Virus record (IMG/VR): IMGVR_UViG_3300017978_000126
Location: 1-36,571 of that record
DNA from: a virus
Lineage: Duplodnaviria > Caudoviricetes
Length of the DNA: 36,571 nt
Strand: one strand, 5' to 3'
Shown: positions 1 through 9,179 of the stretch, piece after piece
Numbering within the stretch: the stretch's first letter is position 1
How the letters are laid out: the number at the start of each line of letters is the position of its first letter
The notes under the pieces: model-generated
Database searches by the model: none
What the model was told of the DNA's origin: nothing
What the model saw: the letters and a program-made list of their open reading frames with translations, nothing else
Position numbers and translations under genes: made by a program

Positions 1-70
1 CCATCAGCGTGAGCAACAGATTTGCGAAATGTAGGGTTTTCCATAATTGCAATTCTATCATTGAGGTAGT

Positions 71-109
71 AAACAAAAAAGCCCCCCAAGGTTTCCCAAG
101 GGAGGCTTT
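71..109 (-). terminator. Intrinsic terminator after major capsid gene (second copy 34963-35001)
   Basis: Minus strand AAAGCCTCCC-loop-GGGGGGCTTT followed by a T-run, just after the capsid stop codon. Confidence 0.85.
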
Positions 110-126
110 CTCTAACTTACGTCAGA

Positions 127-1071
127 TCAGCTCAGGTCGGCAATGATACCGTGAGCGGCTTCGTTCTTGATTTCCAAAGTCAATTCGGCCAACAGTTGAG
201 TCTTCTCGCTGTCGCCTGTCTTTGCCAGTTCGATAGTCTCGAAAGGACGCAGATAGGCAATAGCAGCCATGTCTGGATCAACCAAGAAAGCAACCTCATC
301 ACCAGAGTTAGTGCTGTTCATAAAAATGTTCGGAACGATAGAAATTGTCCCGAAATCACTCATATAGACATCAGCCGCGCCCACAATAGTAGTAGGTTCG
401 TTTGCAGGAGCCATGTAACGCTGAGCAGCGATACCGGCAAAAGCCGACACCAGTTGCTTGTGCGCAGGGTTCACCATCAGCACTTTTGGCGAACCGCCAG
501 CGGTGTAGACTTCAGCAACCACAGTTTTCAACAGGGTTTCGGTGAAAGTACGGTCTGTACCATCGGTACGGGCAGTTGTACCACCCGAGCCAGCCACGCC
601 AGAAGTGCCACCGTCATAGTTGGTAGACAACCATGCTTGCAGACCACCCAAGGTACGGGCAGTGCTGGAGTTGCCAGTAGCAGCCACTTGGTTGGACAAC
701 AGGGTCAGTTCAATGTTGCGCTTCAGTTCAGCCGACACTTTAGCCAATTGATAAGCCTTTTCAGACTTACGGCCAGCTTTGTCAACTGCTTCCAAAGTGC
801 CAGCGACAGCAACAGACTTAGTGAAAATCTGAGTGCGGTTACCGATACGGGTTGTTGGCGAGGCAGTGATGGTCGAGGCATCAGCACCTTCAACAGCGCC
901 GCCCAAAGCAGCAGCGGCCAAGCTGTCGGTCTGCCACTCGTGATAAGTTGCAGTTGCCTTTGTCTTGCCAATGGAAGACATGAAAGGTGTGGAAGTTGGG
1001 CTGATGTTATAAATAACGTCAGAGAGGTCTTCGCGCATACCGATAGCGGTATATGTCTGATAGGTTGCCAT
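127..1071 (-). CDS. Major capsid protein (DUF5309/SU10-like, HK97 fold)
   Basis: GMREDLSDVIYNISPxxTPFMS..HEWQTDSL and N-x-TQIF motifs. Follows the scaffold gene, has GGAG RBS and a downstream terminator. Confidence 0.92.
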   Translation of the reverse strand: MATYQTYTAIGMREDLSDVIYNISPTSTPFMSSIGKTKATATYHEWQTDSLAAAALGGAVEGADASTITASPTTRIGNRTQIFTKSVAVAGTLEAVDKAGRKSEKAYQLAKVSAELKRNIELTLLSNQVAATGNSSTARTLGGLQAWLSTNYDGGTSGVAGSGGTTARTDGTDRTFTETLLKTVVAEVYTAGGSPKVLMVNPAHKQLVSAFAGIAAQRYMAPANEPTTIVGAADVYMSDFGTISIVPNIFMNSTNSGDEVAFLVDPDMAAIAYLRPFETIELAKTGDSEKTQLLAELTLEIKNEAAHGIIADLS

Positions 1072-1088
1072 TTTTAAAGCTCCAAAAA

Positions 1089-2036
1089 TTAAAGGAATCG
1101 TTCAAATGCAACAGCAGCATCACGGACTTTGCCGGATTGACGCAACCGTTGCATCACTTGCTTTTCTTGCGATGACTTAGTATTTGGCGTTGATGTTCCT
1201 GGCTTCAGCATCTTGGGCGCTTGCTGGACTTTCTTCAAAGTCTCGGGCTTACCCTTTTGCAGTTGCTCAAACTTCATTGCTTTGTACAAAGTCAACACAG
1301 CACGATGGTCATACACTGAGGCGAGTTCCTGATCCGACCATCCAACAGACTTTGCATATTCTCGGATTTCTTTCCGGATAGCATCACCTTTTGGCGTAGC
1401 CAGTTCTGGGATAACAGACGCGAGCTTTTCAGATTCAGACTTGAGATGGTTTTGCAGGGACTGCTGCTGCTCCGCTTGTTGCTGTTGGGCAATGCGTTGC
1501 TGTTCGGCACGAACGACTGCAAGTTGTTTCTCACGCTGAGACTGTTCCGCTACCTTCACGGCATAGCCGATGGGGTCTGTCTCTTTCAAAACTTCCAAAT
1601 CCTCACCCTTATTCTGCTGGCTCAAGAAGCTATCGAGTGCCTTCAGTTTCTGGGCGTAGGCCATACGCTCTTGTTTAACATGCTCAAGATGTTCGCGCTC
1701 GGCTTCCATAGCCTTACGCTGTTCAGCAAGAGCTTGAGACTTTTGGGTGTAATCCTTGCTTCGTTGATAGCCGTTAATCAGTTCGTCAAGTTCGACCTCG
1801 ACTTCCTCACCACCGACTTTTGCTTTGTAGCGGGGTTTTACTTCCTCTACAGGCTCTGATTCTTCTGAATACTCAGTTTCCTCAGATTCAACTTCACCAT
1901 TCGCTTCAAGTTCTTCGGATTGTTCTTCTGGTTGGCCTTCATCGGCTCCGTCATCACTACCCATCAAACCCATAAACGCATTGGCGGCTTGGTTTACGTT
2001 CAGGCTTTCACTCCCTTGCGGGTTGGTGTTTTCCAT
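1089..2036 (-). CDS. Capsid scaffolding protein
   Basis: Acidic N-terminus, KVGGEEVEVELDELINGYQRSKDYTQKSQALAE motif, coiled coil, directly upstream of the capsid gene. Confidence 0.88.
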   Translation of the reverse strand: MENTNPQGSESLNVNQAANAFMGLMGSDDGADEGQPEEQSEELEANGEVESEETEYSEESEPVEEVKPRYKAKVGGEEVEVELDELINGYQRSKDYTQKSQALAEQRKAMEAEREHLEHVKQERMAYAQKLKALDSFLSQQNKGEDLEVLKETDPIGYAVKVAEQSQREKQLAVVRAEQQRIAQQQQAEQQQSLQNHLKSESEKLASVIPELATPKGDAIRKEIREYAKSVGWSDQELASVYDHRAVLTLYKAMKFEQLQKGKPETLKKVQQAPKMLKPGTSTPNTKSSQEKQVMQRLRQSGKVRDAAVAFERFL

Positions 2037-2086
2037 TTGTCATCTCAGTTTTCACCAGAAACCGTCTGGACTGCGGGTGAGTTTCC

Positions 2087-2326
2087 TCACAGAATCTTCC
2101 ACTTCTTTTCCTGTATCTTGGTTTCTGCGGCAATGCCTTGCAGGTGTCCAACAAACAAGTCAAGAGTCTTGATGTGGCTGTAAGCGGCTTCACGCTCCTC
2201 AACCTCATCTCTATTCGTGTTAATTATCACACTAATCTGCTGATTTTTCAAATCATCCATGACTTTTACGAAAAAGTCATCCTTCAGCAGGTTGTTTGCC
2301 CACTCAGCTTGCAGCTTTTTGTCCAT
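2087..2326 (-). CDS. Small conserved head-module protein (79 aa from MDKKLQAEW)
   Basis: Helical ORF of the kind usually found between portal and scaffold. Start moved to ATG 2326. Confidence 0.65.
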   Translation of the reverse strand: MDKKLQAEWANNLLKDDFFVKVMDDLKNQQISVIINTNRDEVEEREAAYSHIKTLDLFVGHLQGIAAETKIQEKKWKIL

Positions 2327-3647
2327 ATTGGCTTTGAATTCCTGAAATGATGTCAGAGATAGAGACTTGTCTTCCATTCAAGCCGCCGATGATGTCATTG
2401 ACACCGACAGTTGGCTTTGTCTGGAATTGCTGAAGAATATCAGGCATAGCAAACGACTGCTCAACCGGCTGCATCTGCTGTTGCATAAATGGAACAGATT
2501 GGTAATTCAGCGTGTTAATAACGTCTGACAAGCTGTAATTCATCTGTGTTGGCTGAACTTGCTGGTTTGCCCATTGGGTTCCTTGGAGCAAATCAGGAGA
2601 ACCAAAGTCCAGCGCAGCCGATGGCGTAAAGGCCATGCTGTACTCTGGAGCCTTCCACTCAGAAGGGATTGGCAGAATTGGATAACCCGTCTGCTCATCA
2701 GTTGTTGCCTGTGGCTGATCCTTGGCAAGCGCAGCAGTAACAGCAAAAGGCGCAAGAGCCTTAACCAAGTCCAGTGCGGCCAATTCGCCAGATATGTCTT
2801 TTGGCGCTTCTTCAGTAGGCTCTTTTACTTCTGGTTTTGTATCTACAGGAACAAACGCTGTATCTGTTGCATTTGTAAAAGAAAGAACATTAAATGATGG
2901 GTCTACAGTTATAGTACTTCCATCATCCCATGTATACGTCATTGTTCCATCATCACTCTGTGTGTAAGCAGATGTATTTTCTTGGGTATAAAAAGGAGTA
3001 TTAACATCAACTGGAACACCAAAATTTTGAACAGGGAAATCAGAGCTATTTGCAATAGAAGGTTGCCCAATTGCCTCTAAATTCAATGATGTATCAATCG
3101 GCGGAGCCAACTCAGGATAAGCAGCAATGACATCAAGCTCTGTTGGCGATGTTGCTGGATCGTAACCAATGCCAGGCTCTACGCTGTTAATGTACTGGTC
3201 AGCCAGTGCCAACTTTGCGTCATTGATGCCGCCAGAGATACCGCCTTGAATAGCGCCTTGCAGAAAGTCGCCACCGCTTAATTCGGAAATTGCCCCGCTA
3301 GTCAACCCGCTTGCAATAGCATTTGATCCTGTCAAATCAACCAGTTCAGGTCGAATGATCCCACCTAATGCAGACCCAGCCCCAGCAGTTAATGCGCCTT
3401 TTAGGAAATCGCCGCCCTGCGCCTCTGACAAAGTTCCACCAATTACAGCGTTTCCAAGCGCGGTTGCTGCGGCTCCAGTTCCAGCTCCCAATGCTGAACC
3501 AATAGCCGTACCAAGTCCAGGCGCAGCAACTGATAAAGCAAGACCAGCTAAAGCAACTGGGTTTTCTTTTACTGGCTCAATGATTTCATCATCAATCTTT
3601 CGGCCAACGTCTTTAATTTTGTCTTCAACTTTTCTAAAAAATCCCAT
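2304..3647 (-). CDS. Hypothetical 447-aa protein with N-terminal glycine-zipper region; possible ejected/internal virion protein
   Basis: Long ORF with hydrophobic Gly/Ala N-terminus (GxxxG repeats), acidic low-complexity middle and TAATG coupling to the upstream gene. Confidence 0.6.
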   Translation of the reverse strand: MGFFRKVEDKIKDVGRKIDDEIIEPVKENPVALAGLALSVAAPGLGTAIGSALGAGTGAAATALGNAVIGGTLSEAQGGDFLKGALTAGAGSALGGIIRPELVDLTGSNAIASGLTSGAISELSGGDFLQGAIQGGISGGINDAKLALADQYINSVEPGIGYDPATSPTELDVIAAYPELAPPIDTSLNLEAIGQPSIANSSDFPVQNFGVPVDVNTPFYTQENTSAYTQSDDGTMTYTWDDGSTITVDPSFNVLSFTNATDTAFVPVDTKPEVKEPTEEAPKDISGELAALDLVKALAPFAVTAALAKDQPQATTDEQTGYPILPIPSEWKAPEYSMAFTPSAALDFGSPDLLQGTQWANQQVQPTQMNYSLSDVINTLNYQSVPFMQQQMQPVEQSFAMPDILQQFQTKPTVGVNDIIGGLNGRQVSISDIISGIQSQYGQKAAS

Positions 3648-4024
3648 TACAAACTCACTTTCGCAGTGAAAAGACCATTGTCTTCTGTGATTTCAACAGG
3701 AAATTCGTCCCCAGCATTTTCAAACAACTTTGTTATTTTTGGATTTTGATAAGTTGTGTACGCCATAGTTGCACCCGCCTTTTTCAGCAAGCGCCACAAA
3801 CTCTTGTTTGCATCAATGAGAGATTGGGGCGTTCCAGCGTTAAAACTGTGATGCTCAACAATTCCGGGCTGTACGGTTTGATAAACAATCAACGTATCGC
3901 CAAATTGCAAGACTTCGCCACCAGACCGAATTGAATTATTGATGTCAGCACGTAAGTGCCCCGCCACAGTTCCAGCAGGGTGGTTACGTTTAGCGTCTAT
4001 TTTAAGGATTTCGTTAGGTGTCAT
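3647..4024 (-). CDS. Hypothetical protein, possibly GNAT-fold (P22 gp14-like)
   Basis: ATGA-coupled to the portal stop. VEHHSF...LLKKAG..AYTTYQNPKITKLFENAG pattern suggests GNAT; the fold is inference. Confidence 0.5.
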   Translation of the reverse strand: MTPNEILKIDAKRNHPAGTVAGHLRADINNSIRSGGEVLQFGDTLIVYQTVQPGIVEHHSFNAGTPQSLIDANKSLWRLLKKAGATMAYTTYQNPKITKLFENAGDEFPVEITEDNGLFTAKVSL

Positions 4025-6165
4025 CCGGGTATCTCAATGTTGGAAGTAATGCCAGCGCCGACCTTCATGGCCTTCAACTGAGCCTCTGCCTCAAACTCTT
4101 GCTGCTTCATCATGAAGTGCATGTTCATCTTCTCACGCTCAAGCTGGAGCTTTGATGCTTCTTTCTCGCGCATGATCTGAAGCTCTGCTTCTGCTTTGTC
4201 ACGTTGAAGTTGCAGCTCAAGCGCAGCCTTCTGGCGTTCAAATTCCAAGTCGGCTTGCATTTTCTGCTGTTGCATCTGCATATCAGCTTGGAACTTAGCC
4301 TGTTGGCCTTGAATCTCAGCTTGAGTCTTAGCCATGTAAGCCTGAACCTCTGGAGGCATTTGCGGCTGTTGTGGTGGCGGGTTGGACAATTGCTGGTCTT
4401 GCTCTGGGCTGATTGGCTTGAAGAACTCAGCGGAGTCTTTGAAGCCAGCGGCCTCGACCATACGGCCAAGAGTGCCACGGTACTGACCAAAGCTCACAAA
4501 CGGGTTAGCAGGGCCATACTGCCCAATCATTTGCTCTTGCTTTGCCATCACCATCTGAAGCATTGCCATCTGTTGATCGCGGTTACCGTTACCCAAGCCC
4601 ACGTTGATCGAGATGTCAAACTTGTTCGCCCATGTGCGAGGGTCAACAGTCACATAAGTGCCGCGCAGACGAATGATTCGCTCTTTCTGCTGGTACTTGC
4701 TGACCAAGTGCATGATGCCTTCAAACAGCTCTTTCACGCCAGACTCGGCAAAGATACGTGCAATCAGCTCAATCTTGCCGGAACCAGCTTGCTGCATAGA
4801 AGCCACGGCTGCGGCTGTCACGTTCTGCAAAATGTTTGGGTCAAGACCTTGAGACATCTCAGTCACGCCAGTGCGCTTTGCCTGGACAGAATCCAAGTAT
4901 TGAAGCATTGGGAAAGACTGCTGCGCCATGTTCTGCACAACCAACTGCTGCACAGCGTTTGGAGACTTGGTGCGAATCACGCCACCAGCGGTAGAGGTCA
5001 GCAAGTCATCCAAGTTCACTTGGCCTTCAACTGCTGTCACTCGGCTGTTGTTGGTCAGATACATGTTATCCAGCATCTGACGGGTCACAGTGGTCTTAAT
5101 CAGTTGCAGATCAACAGTGCGATCAGCAAGCGAGTTACCAAAGAACTTGTGCGGAATTGGCAGTGGGCAGATCGAGTAGAAAGGCACATAGTCCGTTTCT
5201 TCATCGCTCAGAATGTCGTTGCCAGCGTAGAAGACCTGATGCAACTCAGCGATACCGTCTTCATCGCCATCGTAGTAGATGTAGCATTCAAAGACCTCGA
5301 CCTCTTGCATGGCAAAGTCATCAGGCTGAACGTCATAAGGCTGCTCACCGGGAGAGAATCGAGCAACACGCTCTGGTGTGTAGGCAAGAGCATCACCAGT
5401 TGGCAAGCCGTTTACGATGTCTTCATCAAAGCCCATAGCGATCAGGTCGCTGCGGGTAATCATTCGGCGGTGTGCGCAGAATGGCGTGTTCTTGACAGTC
5501 TTGCCAGCCTTGGCAATCAGGAATTCTTCAGGCGGCACGTTGGCAATAACAACCTTGCCAGACTTCTCTGTCTTCTTGATAGTGACATCATGGATGCCAT
5601 AAGTGGCTGGTGCGCCTGTTTCATCAAAGACAGGCATACCCATTGGGTCGAGGATTGGATTGGTTACCGTATCCTGCTCAACAACTTCAATGCTCTCGTC
5701 TTGCAGCAGCATCGCCAGCTCGTCATCCGACAGACCTTCGTAAGTCTCTTTGGATACGTCTTCCTTGTCTTCCCAAACAGCCTTAACAATGCCGTTCTTT
5801 TGCAGCAGGGCATCAAAGAACCAATCATGCAAGATGGTGATGCCGGGGTTATCCTTTAGGAAGATGTGGTTCAGGTAGTCAGTTGCTTGCTTTGCGCCAG
5901 CTTCATCGCCTGGGCCAACAGGGTCAGCCACCACAATCTGGTCAGAGCCAGTGAAAATGCGAATCAGCGCAGGTAAAGCACCGTCAATGGCCTCAGCAAC
6001 CTCACCAGTAACGATCTGAGACTTGCCTTCAACCTCATTTCCGTAAGGTTGGCGCAAGTACGCTTGGAGCGCCAGCTTACGTTGCTCAACAGTTTCGGTT
6101 TCTAGAAACCCGATTGAATCGTCAATCGCTGCTTGAAGGGCTGCTTTCAGTTGGTTTTGGCTCAT
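4021..6165 (-). CDS. Portal protein (P22-like, Gln-rich C-terminal barrel)
   Basis: 714 aa after TerL. GNEVEGKSQIV, DALLQKNGIVKAVWE, NVPPEEFL and RQMLDNMYLTNN motifs, with a coiled-coil tail. Confidence 0.93.
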   Translation of the reverse strand: MSQNQLKAALQAAIDDSIGFLETETVEQRKLALQAYLRQPYGNEVEGKSQIVTGEVAEAIDGALPALIRIFTGSDQIVVADPVGPGDEAGAKQATDYLNHIFLKDNPGITILHDWFFDALLQKNGIVKAVWEDKEDVSKETYEGLSDDELAMLLQDESIEVVEQDTVTNPILDPMGMPVFDETGAPATYGIHDVTIKKTEKSGKVVIANVPPEEFLIAKAGKTVKNTPFCAHRRMITRSDLIAMGFDEDIVNGLPTGDALAYTPERVARFSPGEQPYDVQPDDFAMQEVEVFECYIYYDGDEDGIAELHQVFYAGNDILSDEETDYVPFYSICPLPIPHKFFGNSLADRTVDLQLIKTTVTRQMLDNMYLTNNSRVTAVEGQVNLDDLLTSTAGGVIRTKSPNAVQQLVVQNMAQQSFPMLQYLDSVQAKRTGVTEMSQGLDPNILQNVTAAAVASMQQAGSGKIELIARIFAESGVKELFEGIMHLVSKYQQKERIIRLRGTYVTVDPRTWANKFDISINVGLGNGNRDQQMAMLQMVMAKQEQMIGQYGPANPFVSFGQYRGTLGRMVEAAGFKDSAEFFKPISPEQDQQLSNPPPQQPQMPPEVQAYMAKTQAEIQGQQAKFQADMQMQQQKMQADLEFERQKAALELQLQRDKAEAELQIMREKEASKLQLEREKMNMHFMMKQQEFEAEAQLKAMKVGAGITSNIEIPG

Positions 6166-6307
6166 CTTTAACCTTTGCGGGTCGCCCGACCTTTGGGCGT
6201 TCTGAGGATTGTAATGCCTTTACCACATTTTCGAGCATTTCAATACGCTTCTCAAGAGCGTTAACACGAATGGCGCTTGAAATATCGCCCTGTTTCATCA
6301 TGAACAT
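6122..6307 (-). CDS. Small hypothetical protein (61 aa)
   Basis: TGATG-coupled to TerL; short coiled coil plus KVGRP motif. Confidence 0.6.
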   Translation of the reverse strand: MFMMKQGDISSAIRVNALEKRIEMLENVVKALQSSERPKVGRPAKVKDEPKPTESSPSSSD

Positions 6308-7557
6308 CAGACCACCCATTTAGGTATTTTGTTGATAGATTTACCCCAAGACCCGACATTCTCGTCAAGTCCTACGGCTACGTAACGCCAAGCATCAGCA
6401 GCGTGTGAGTGCTGGTCATGCAATGGCTTATTGGAGAACATCTTGGTGTTCGGGTCAACGTCATAACGATAGTGACGCAGGTTCTGCAAACCATCAGCGC
6501 ATCTTGTTTCATCAAAAAACGCTCTGTCCATCAATGTTCTGGCTGCGTTGATGCCGTCAGCGATTGACAGTTTTGGCGTGATTCTGATCGGCTTTCCCAT
6601 GCCCTCAAGAATGTCCTTGACCGATTTGCCCGTCATATTCTTGTGTTCAGCATCGTGCGGAAGCCACCAATCCTTGTAAATGTAACCACGGTCTTGCAAG
6701 ACTTGAGCGTAATGGTCAATGGTTTTTTGGCAGTTCTGGTAGAAGTCAATCACCCTGATTTCCCCGCCTGGAATAACCTGCACAAACCAGATTGAGGTCA
6801 TGTCAGCCCATCCAAGGTCAAAGAACAATTGAACAGGAATGTTCTTGTCAATGATTAACTCACGAATGCGCCCTTGCTCTTGCGCCCGTCTTAGTTCGTT
6901 GGCGTACACAGCACCGTCCAGCATCTGGCGGGTGTGGCCTTCCCAGACGTTCAGGTAGGAGTCAATATTCTTGGCCTTCAGGTCTTCCAGCTCATCCTTG
7001 AGGACTTGGGGGAACCACGGGTTATCAGACCAGTTAACTTTGGCGACTCTTGCACTAGCCGGAGGGTTGACCACAAACCGCTTGTAAGTCTCGTCTGTGT
7101 CCAGGTCAGGGTTGAAAGTCACCCATATTTCAGAGTCAGGCTTGCGGATGGTTGGTATCAGAGTCTCCCAAGACACCTTAGAAACCGCTTGACCTTCTTC
7201 AATCCAGCAGACATCGACCCCCTCGAATGACTTGATTGAGGTGACATTGTGCTTCAGACCCGCAAAGCTGAACTCAGACCCGTTCTTTCCGTAGATAGCT
7301 GTTCGCTGTACGTCAAAGAACGACTCAAGCCCCATAGCCTTGATCTGGTCGCCCAATAGAGCAATCACAGAGTCTGAGATAGAGTTCTGCAACTCACGGG
7401 CGCACAAGATACGTGTTTGCTTCTGTACCGCAATGGCGATCAATGCTCGAGCAACAGACCAAGACTTGGCAGACCCACGGCCACCATAAAGAATCTTGTA
7501 TCGGTGCGGCTCAAACAGGAATCCCAGCTTTTCAGGGAAATCCAGTTCAAGATTCAT
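6307..7557 (-). CDS. terL: Terminase large subunit (PBSX/T4-like ATPase-nuclease)
   Basis: Walker A GGRGSAKS, Walker B CWIEEG, coupling motif TFNP, nuclease FFDLG...HAADAWRY. Confidence 0.96.
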   Translation of the reverse strand: MNLELDFPEKLGFLFEPHRYKILYGGRGSAKSWSVARALIAIAVQKQTRILCARELQNSISDSVIALLGDQIKAMGLESFFDVQRTAIYGKNGSEFSFAGLKHNVTSIKSFEGVDVCWIEEGQAVSKVSWETLIPTIRKPDSEIWVTFNPDLDTDETYKRFVVNPPASARVAKVNWSDNPWFPQVLKDELEDLKAKNIDSYLNVWEGHTRQMLDGAVYANELRRAQEQGRIRELIIDKNIPVQLFFDLGWADMTSIWFVQVIPGGEIRVIDFYQNCQKTIDHYAQVLQDRGYIYKDWWLPHDAEHKNMTGKSVKDILEGMGKPIRITPKLSIADGINAARTLMDRAFFDETRCADGLQNLRHYRYDVDPNTKMFSNKPLHDQHSHAADAWRYVAVGLDENVGSWGKSINKIPKWVV

Positions 7558-7885
7558 TCGGCTTGACCAGTTTGATCTGAATCGCTGAAATCTCTACAGG
7601 CCCACCGCCTTCACCTGTCATCTCAGTGCGGTTAAGTTTGGGCGTAGCGTACTCAGCCATTTGAGCCAGCAAAGTCAGAGCGCCTTTCGGGTCTGCTCTC
7701 AGCTCTTTTTCCACGCTTCCTTCAGCAACCTCTATAAGCCACTTAGAGACGTTTTCAGCGTTATCCTCTAGCAACCTGCTGACAGTCTCTCTAAACGTCT
7801 TGGTGGCCTTATTAACGCTTCCCGGAGGCCTTCCCCTGCCACGGTTAGTTAAGTTCGCAGGATTTCCGGCTTGTAATTTATTCAT
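7547..7885 (-). CDS. terS: Terminase small subunit (probable)
   Basis: GRPPGSVNKAT N-terminus and PKLNRTEMTGEGGGPVE C-terminus; overlaps the TerL start. Confidence 0.8.
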   Translation of the reverse strand: MNKLQAGNPANLTNRGRGRPPGSVNKATKTFRETVSRLLEDNAENVSKWLIEVAEGSVEKELRADPKGALTLLAQMAEYATPKLNRTEMTGEGGGPVEISAIQIKLVKPNES

Positions 7886-7942
7886 CTTGGTTTGACTCCC
7901 GTAGGTTGGTCAAGGTTAGTGCTGACTTACATCAGCGGGTTG

Positions 7943-9046
7943 TTACTGGCCCAAAAGACCACCTATTCTTGGAACGACCATATTATTATCGTTGTTCATT
8001 ATCACACGCAATTGATCCAGAGGAAATTCGTAATCAAGCCACGGCGCTCTAAGTCTGCGTTCTTCATCAGTCATGTCTAGACGTTTTCTGGTTGCTTCAG
8101 CTTCTACCTCGCCCATGAGTCTTCGGTATTCCTCAAAATTCCCGCCGAACTGCTCAAGCCGATTTGCTTGAGCATCAAGATTTTGTGCCTGTTTTTGCAT
8201 TTGAAGGGCTTGCGATCGCAATCCTGGCTTCAATACTTTTGAAGGGTCTAATGGGTCTTGCGCCATTGCCTCATTGAGCATTGCCTTGGCTTGCGCTCTT
8301 AGTCTGTCCGATTCTTCTCGGTAAAGTTCAGGCATGTAGTCAGGAGAGCCACCTTTTGCAAAGCCCTCTCTAGATTGAATAGCGTGCTGAAGTTCGTGAG
8401 CAACTGTTCCTCTGTTAATGCCTTGCCCTGTCATGCCTGTTTCAATTGCATCGCCAGAGTATGAACCAGCAATTGTCTCATCAGGGCGAACTTTCATCAT
8501 TAGCCGCCGATCAGCATCACCAAAATCAATCAGTCCATCATATGCTTGCTCAAGTTTTGGATGCTGAACAAACTCAGAAACAGGGCCAACGGTTGACTGT
8601 TTAGCCTTATTCTCGGTTCTGCTTGACCACGACCAATCATCTACGGGCTTTGCCAGCAAGCCTTGATCGCTGATTTCTTGCCGCCATTTACCGTCTTTCC
8701 CTTTGAATGTGCCTGTTTTTTCCCAAATTTGTTCTGGAGTAAATTTTCTCTCCATTTTTTTGGCGGCATCGGCGGCTTGCTTGTCCCAAAGTTTTGACGA
8801 TGGCCCAATGAACATTCCCACAGGGTTGTAAGCATCAGCCATCAAGCCAGCCAGACGCTGCGTAGCTGGCCCGTAGTCCATGCCTTCCCGTGCGGCTGCT
8901 GATGTCATTTCGTTAAGGTTACGCGCTCTGTCGTTCAGGTTGCCCACGAACTGCTGTGCGCTCAACACTGGATTGCCAAGCAAATCCGTCAGTTTGCGCT
9001 TGGCTACGTTGCCAGCACTAAAGATTTCACCAAGCAATCCAGCCAT
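7943..9046 (-). CDS. LPD23-like domain plus HExxH zincin metallopeptidase protein
   Basis: IWEKTGTFKGKDGKWRQEISD, VAHELQHAIQSREGFAKGG and YRRLMGEVEA motifs as in large polyvalent protein domains. Confidence 0.78.
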   Translation of the reverse strand: MAGLLGEIFSAGNVAKRKLTDLLGNPVLSAQQFVGNLNDRARNLNEMTSAAAREGMDYGPATQRLAGLMADAYNPVGMFIGPSSKLWDKQAADAAKKMERKFTPEQIWEKTGTFKGKDGKWRQEISDQGLLAKPVDDWSWSSRTENKAKQSTVGPVSEFVQHPKLEQAYDGLIDFGDADRRLMMKVRPDETIAGSYSGDAIETGMTGQGINRGTVAHELQHAIQSREGFAKGGSPDYMPELYREESDRLRAQAKAMLNEAMAQDPLDPSKVLKPGLRSQALQMQKQAQNLDAQANRLEQFGGNFEEYRRLMGEVEAEATRKRLDMTDEERRLRAPWLDYEFPLDQLRVIMNNDNNMVVPRIGGLLGQ

Positions 9047-9047
9047 G

Positions 9048-9179
9048 TCACTTCCCCTTTGGCTTAGAAAACTTGTATGCCATTGATTGCCAGCCCTTGG
9101 ACTCGGCCTGTTTACGGGCCTGTTCTGCCAGTTTCTTGGCCTCTTTTGAGGTCATTGGCTGTGAATTCGTGGTTCCCAT
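9048..9179 (-). CDS. Small basic protein, 43 aa (MGTTNSQPMTSKEAKKLAEQARKQ...), not in the ORF track
   Basis: Translated by hand. TAATG-coupled upstream; stop lies 1 nt before the next ATG. Confidence 0.7.
   Translation of the reverse strand: MGTTNSQPMTSKEAKKLAEQARKQAESKGWQSMAYKFSKPKGK

Larger units (their letters stand above)
1..1679. repeat. Direct terminal repeat, left copy (matches 34893-36571)
   Basis: Window start ccatcagcgtgagcaacag recurs at 34893. Duplicated ORFs are offset by exactly 34892 (127 vs 35019; 1089 vs 35981). Confidence 0.98.

Noticed and set aside
151-1077. Long plus-strand ORFs such as 151-1077, 4204-5859, 11813-12487, 26945-27598 and 29512-30153
   Set aside because: They are antisense shadows of well-supported minus-strand genes, with no recognisable motifs.
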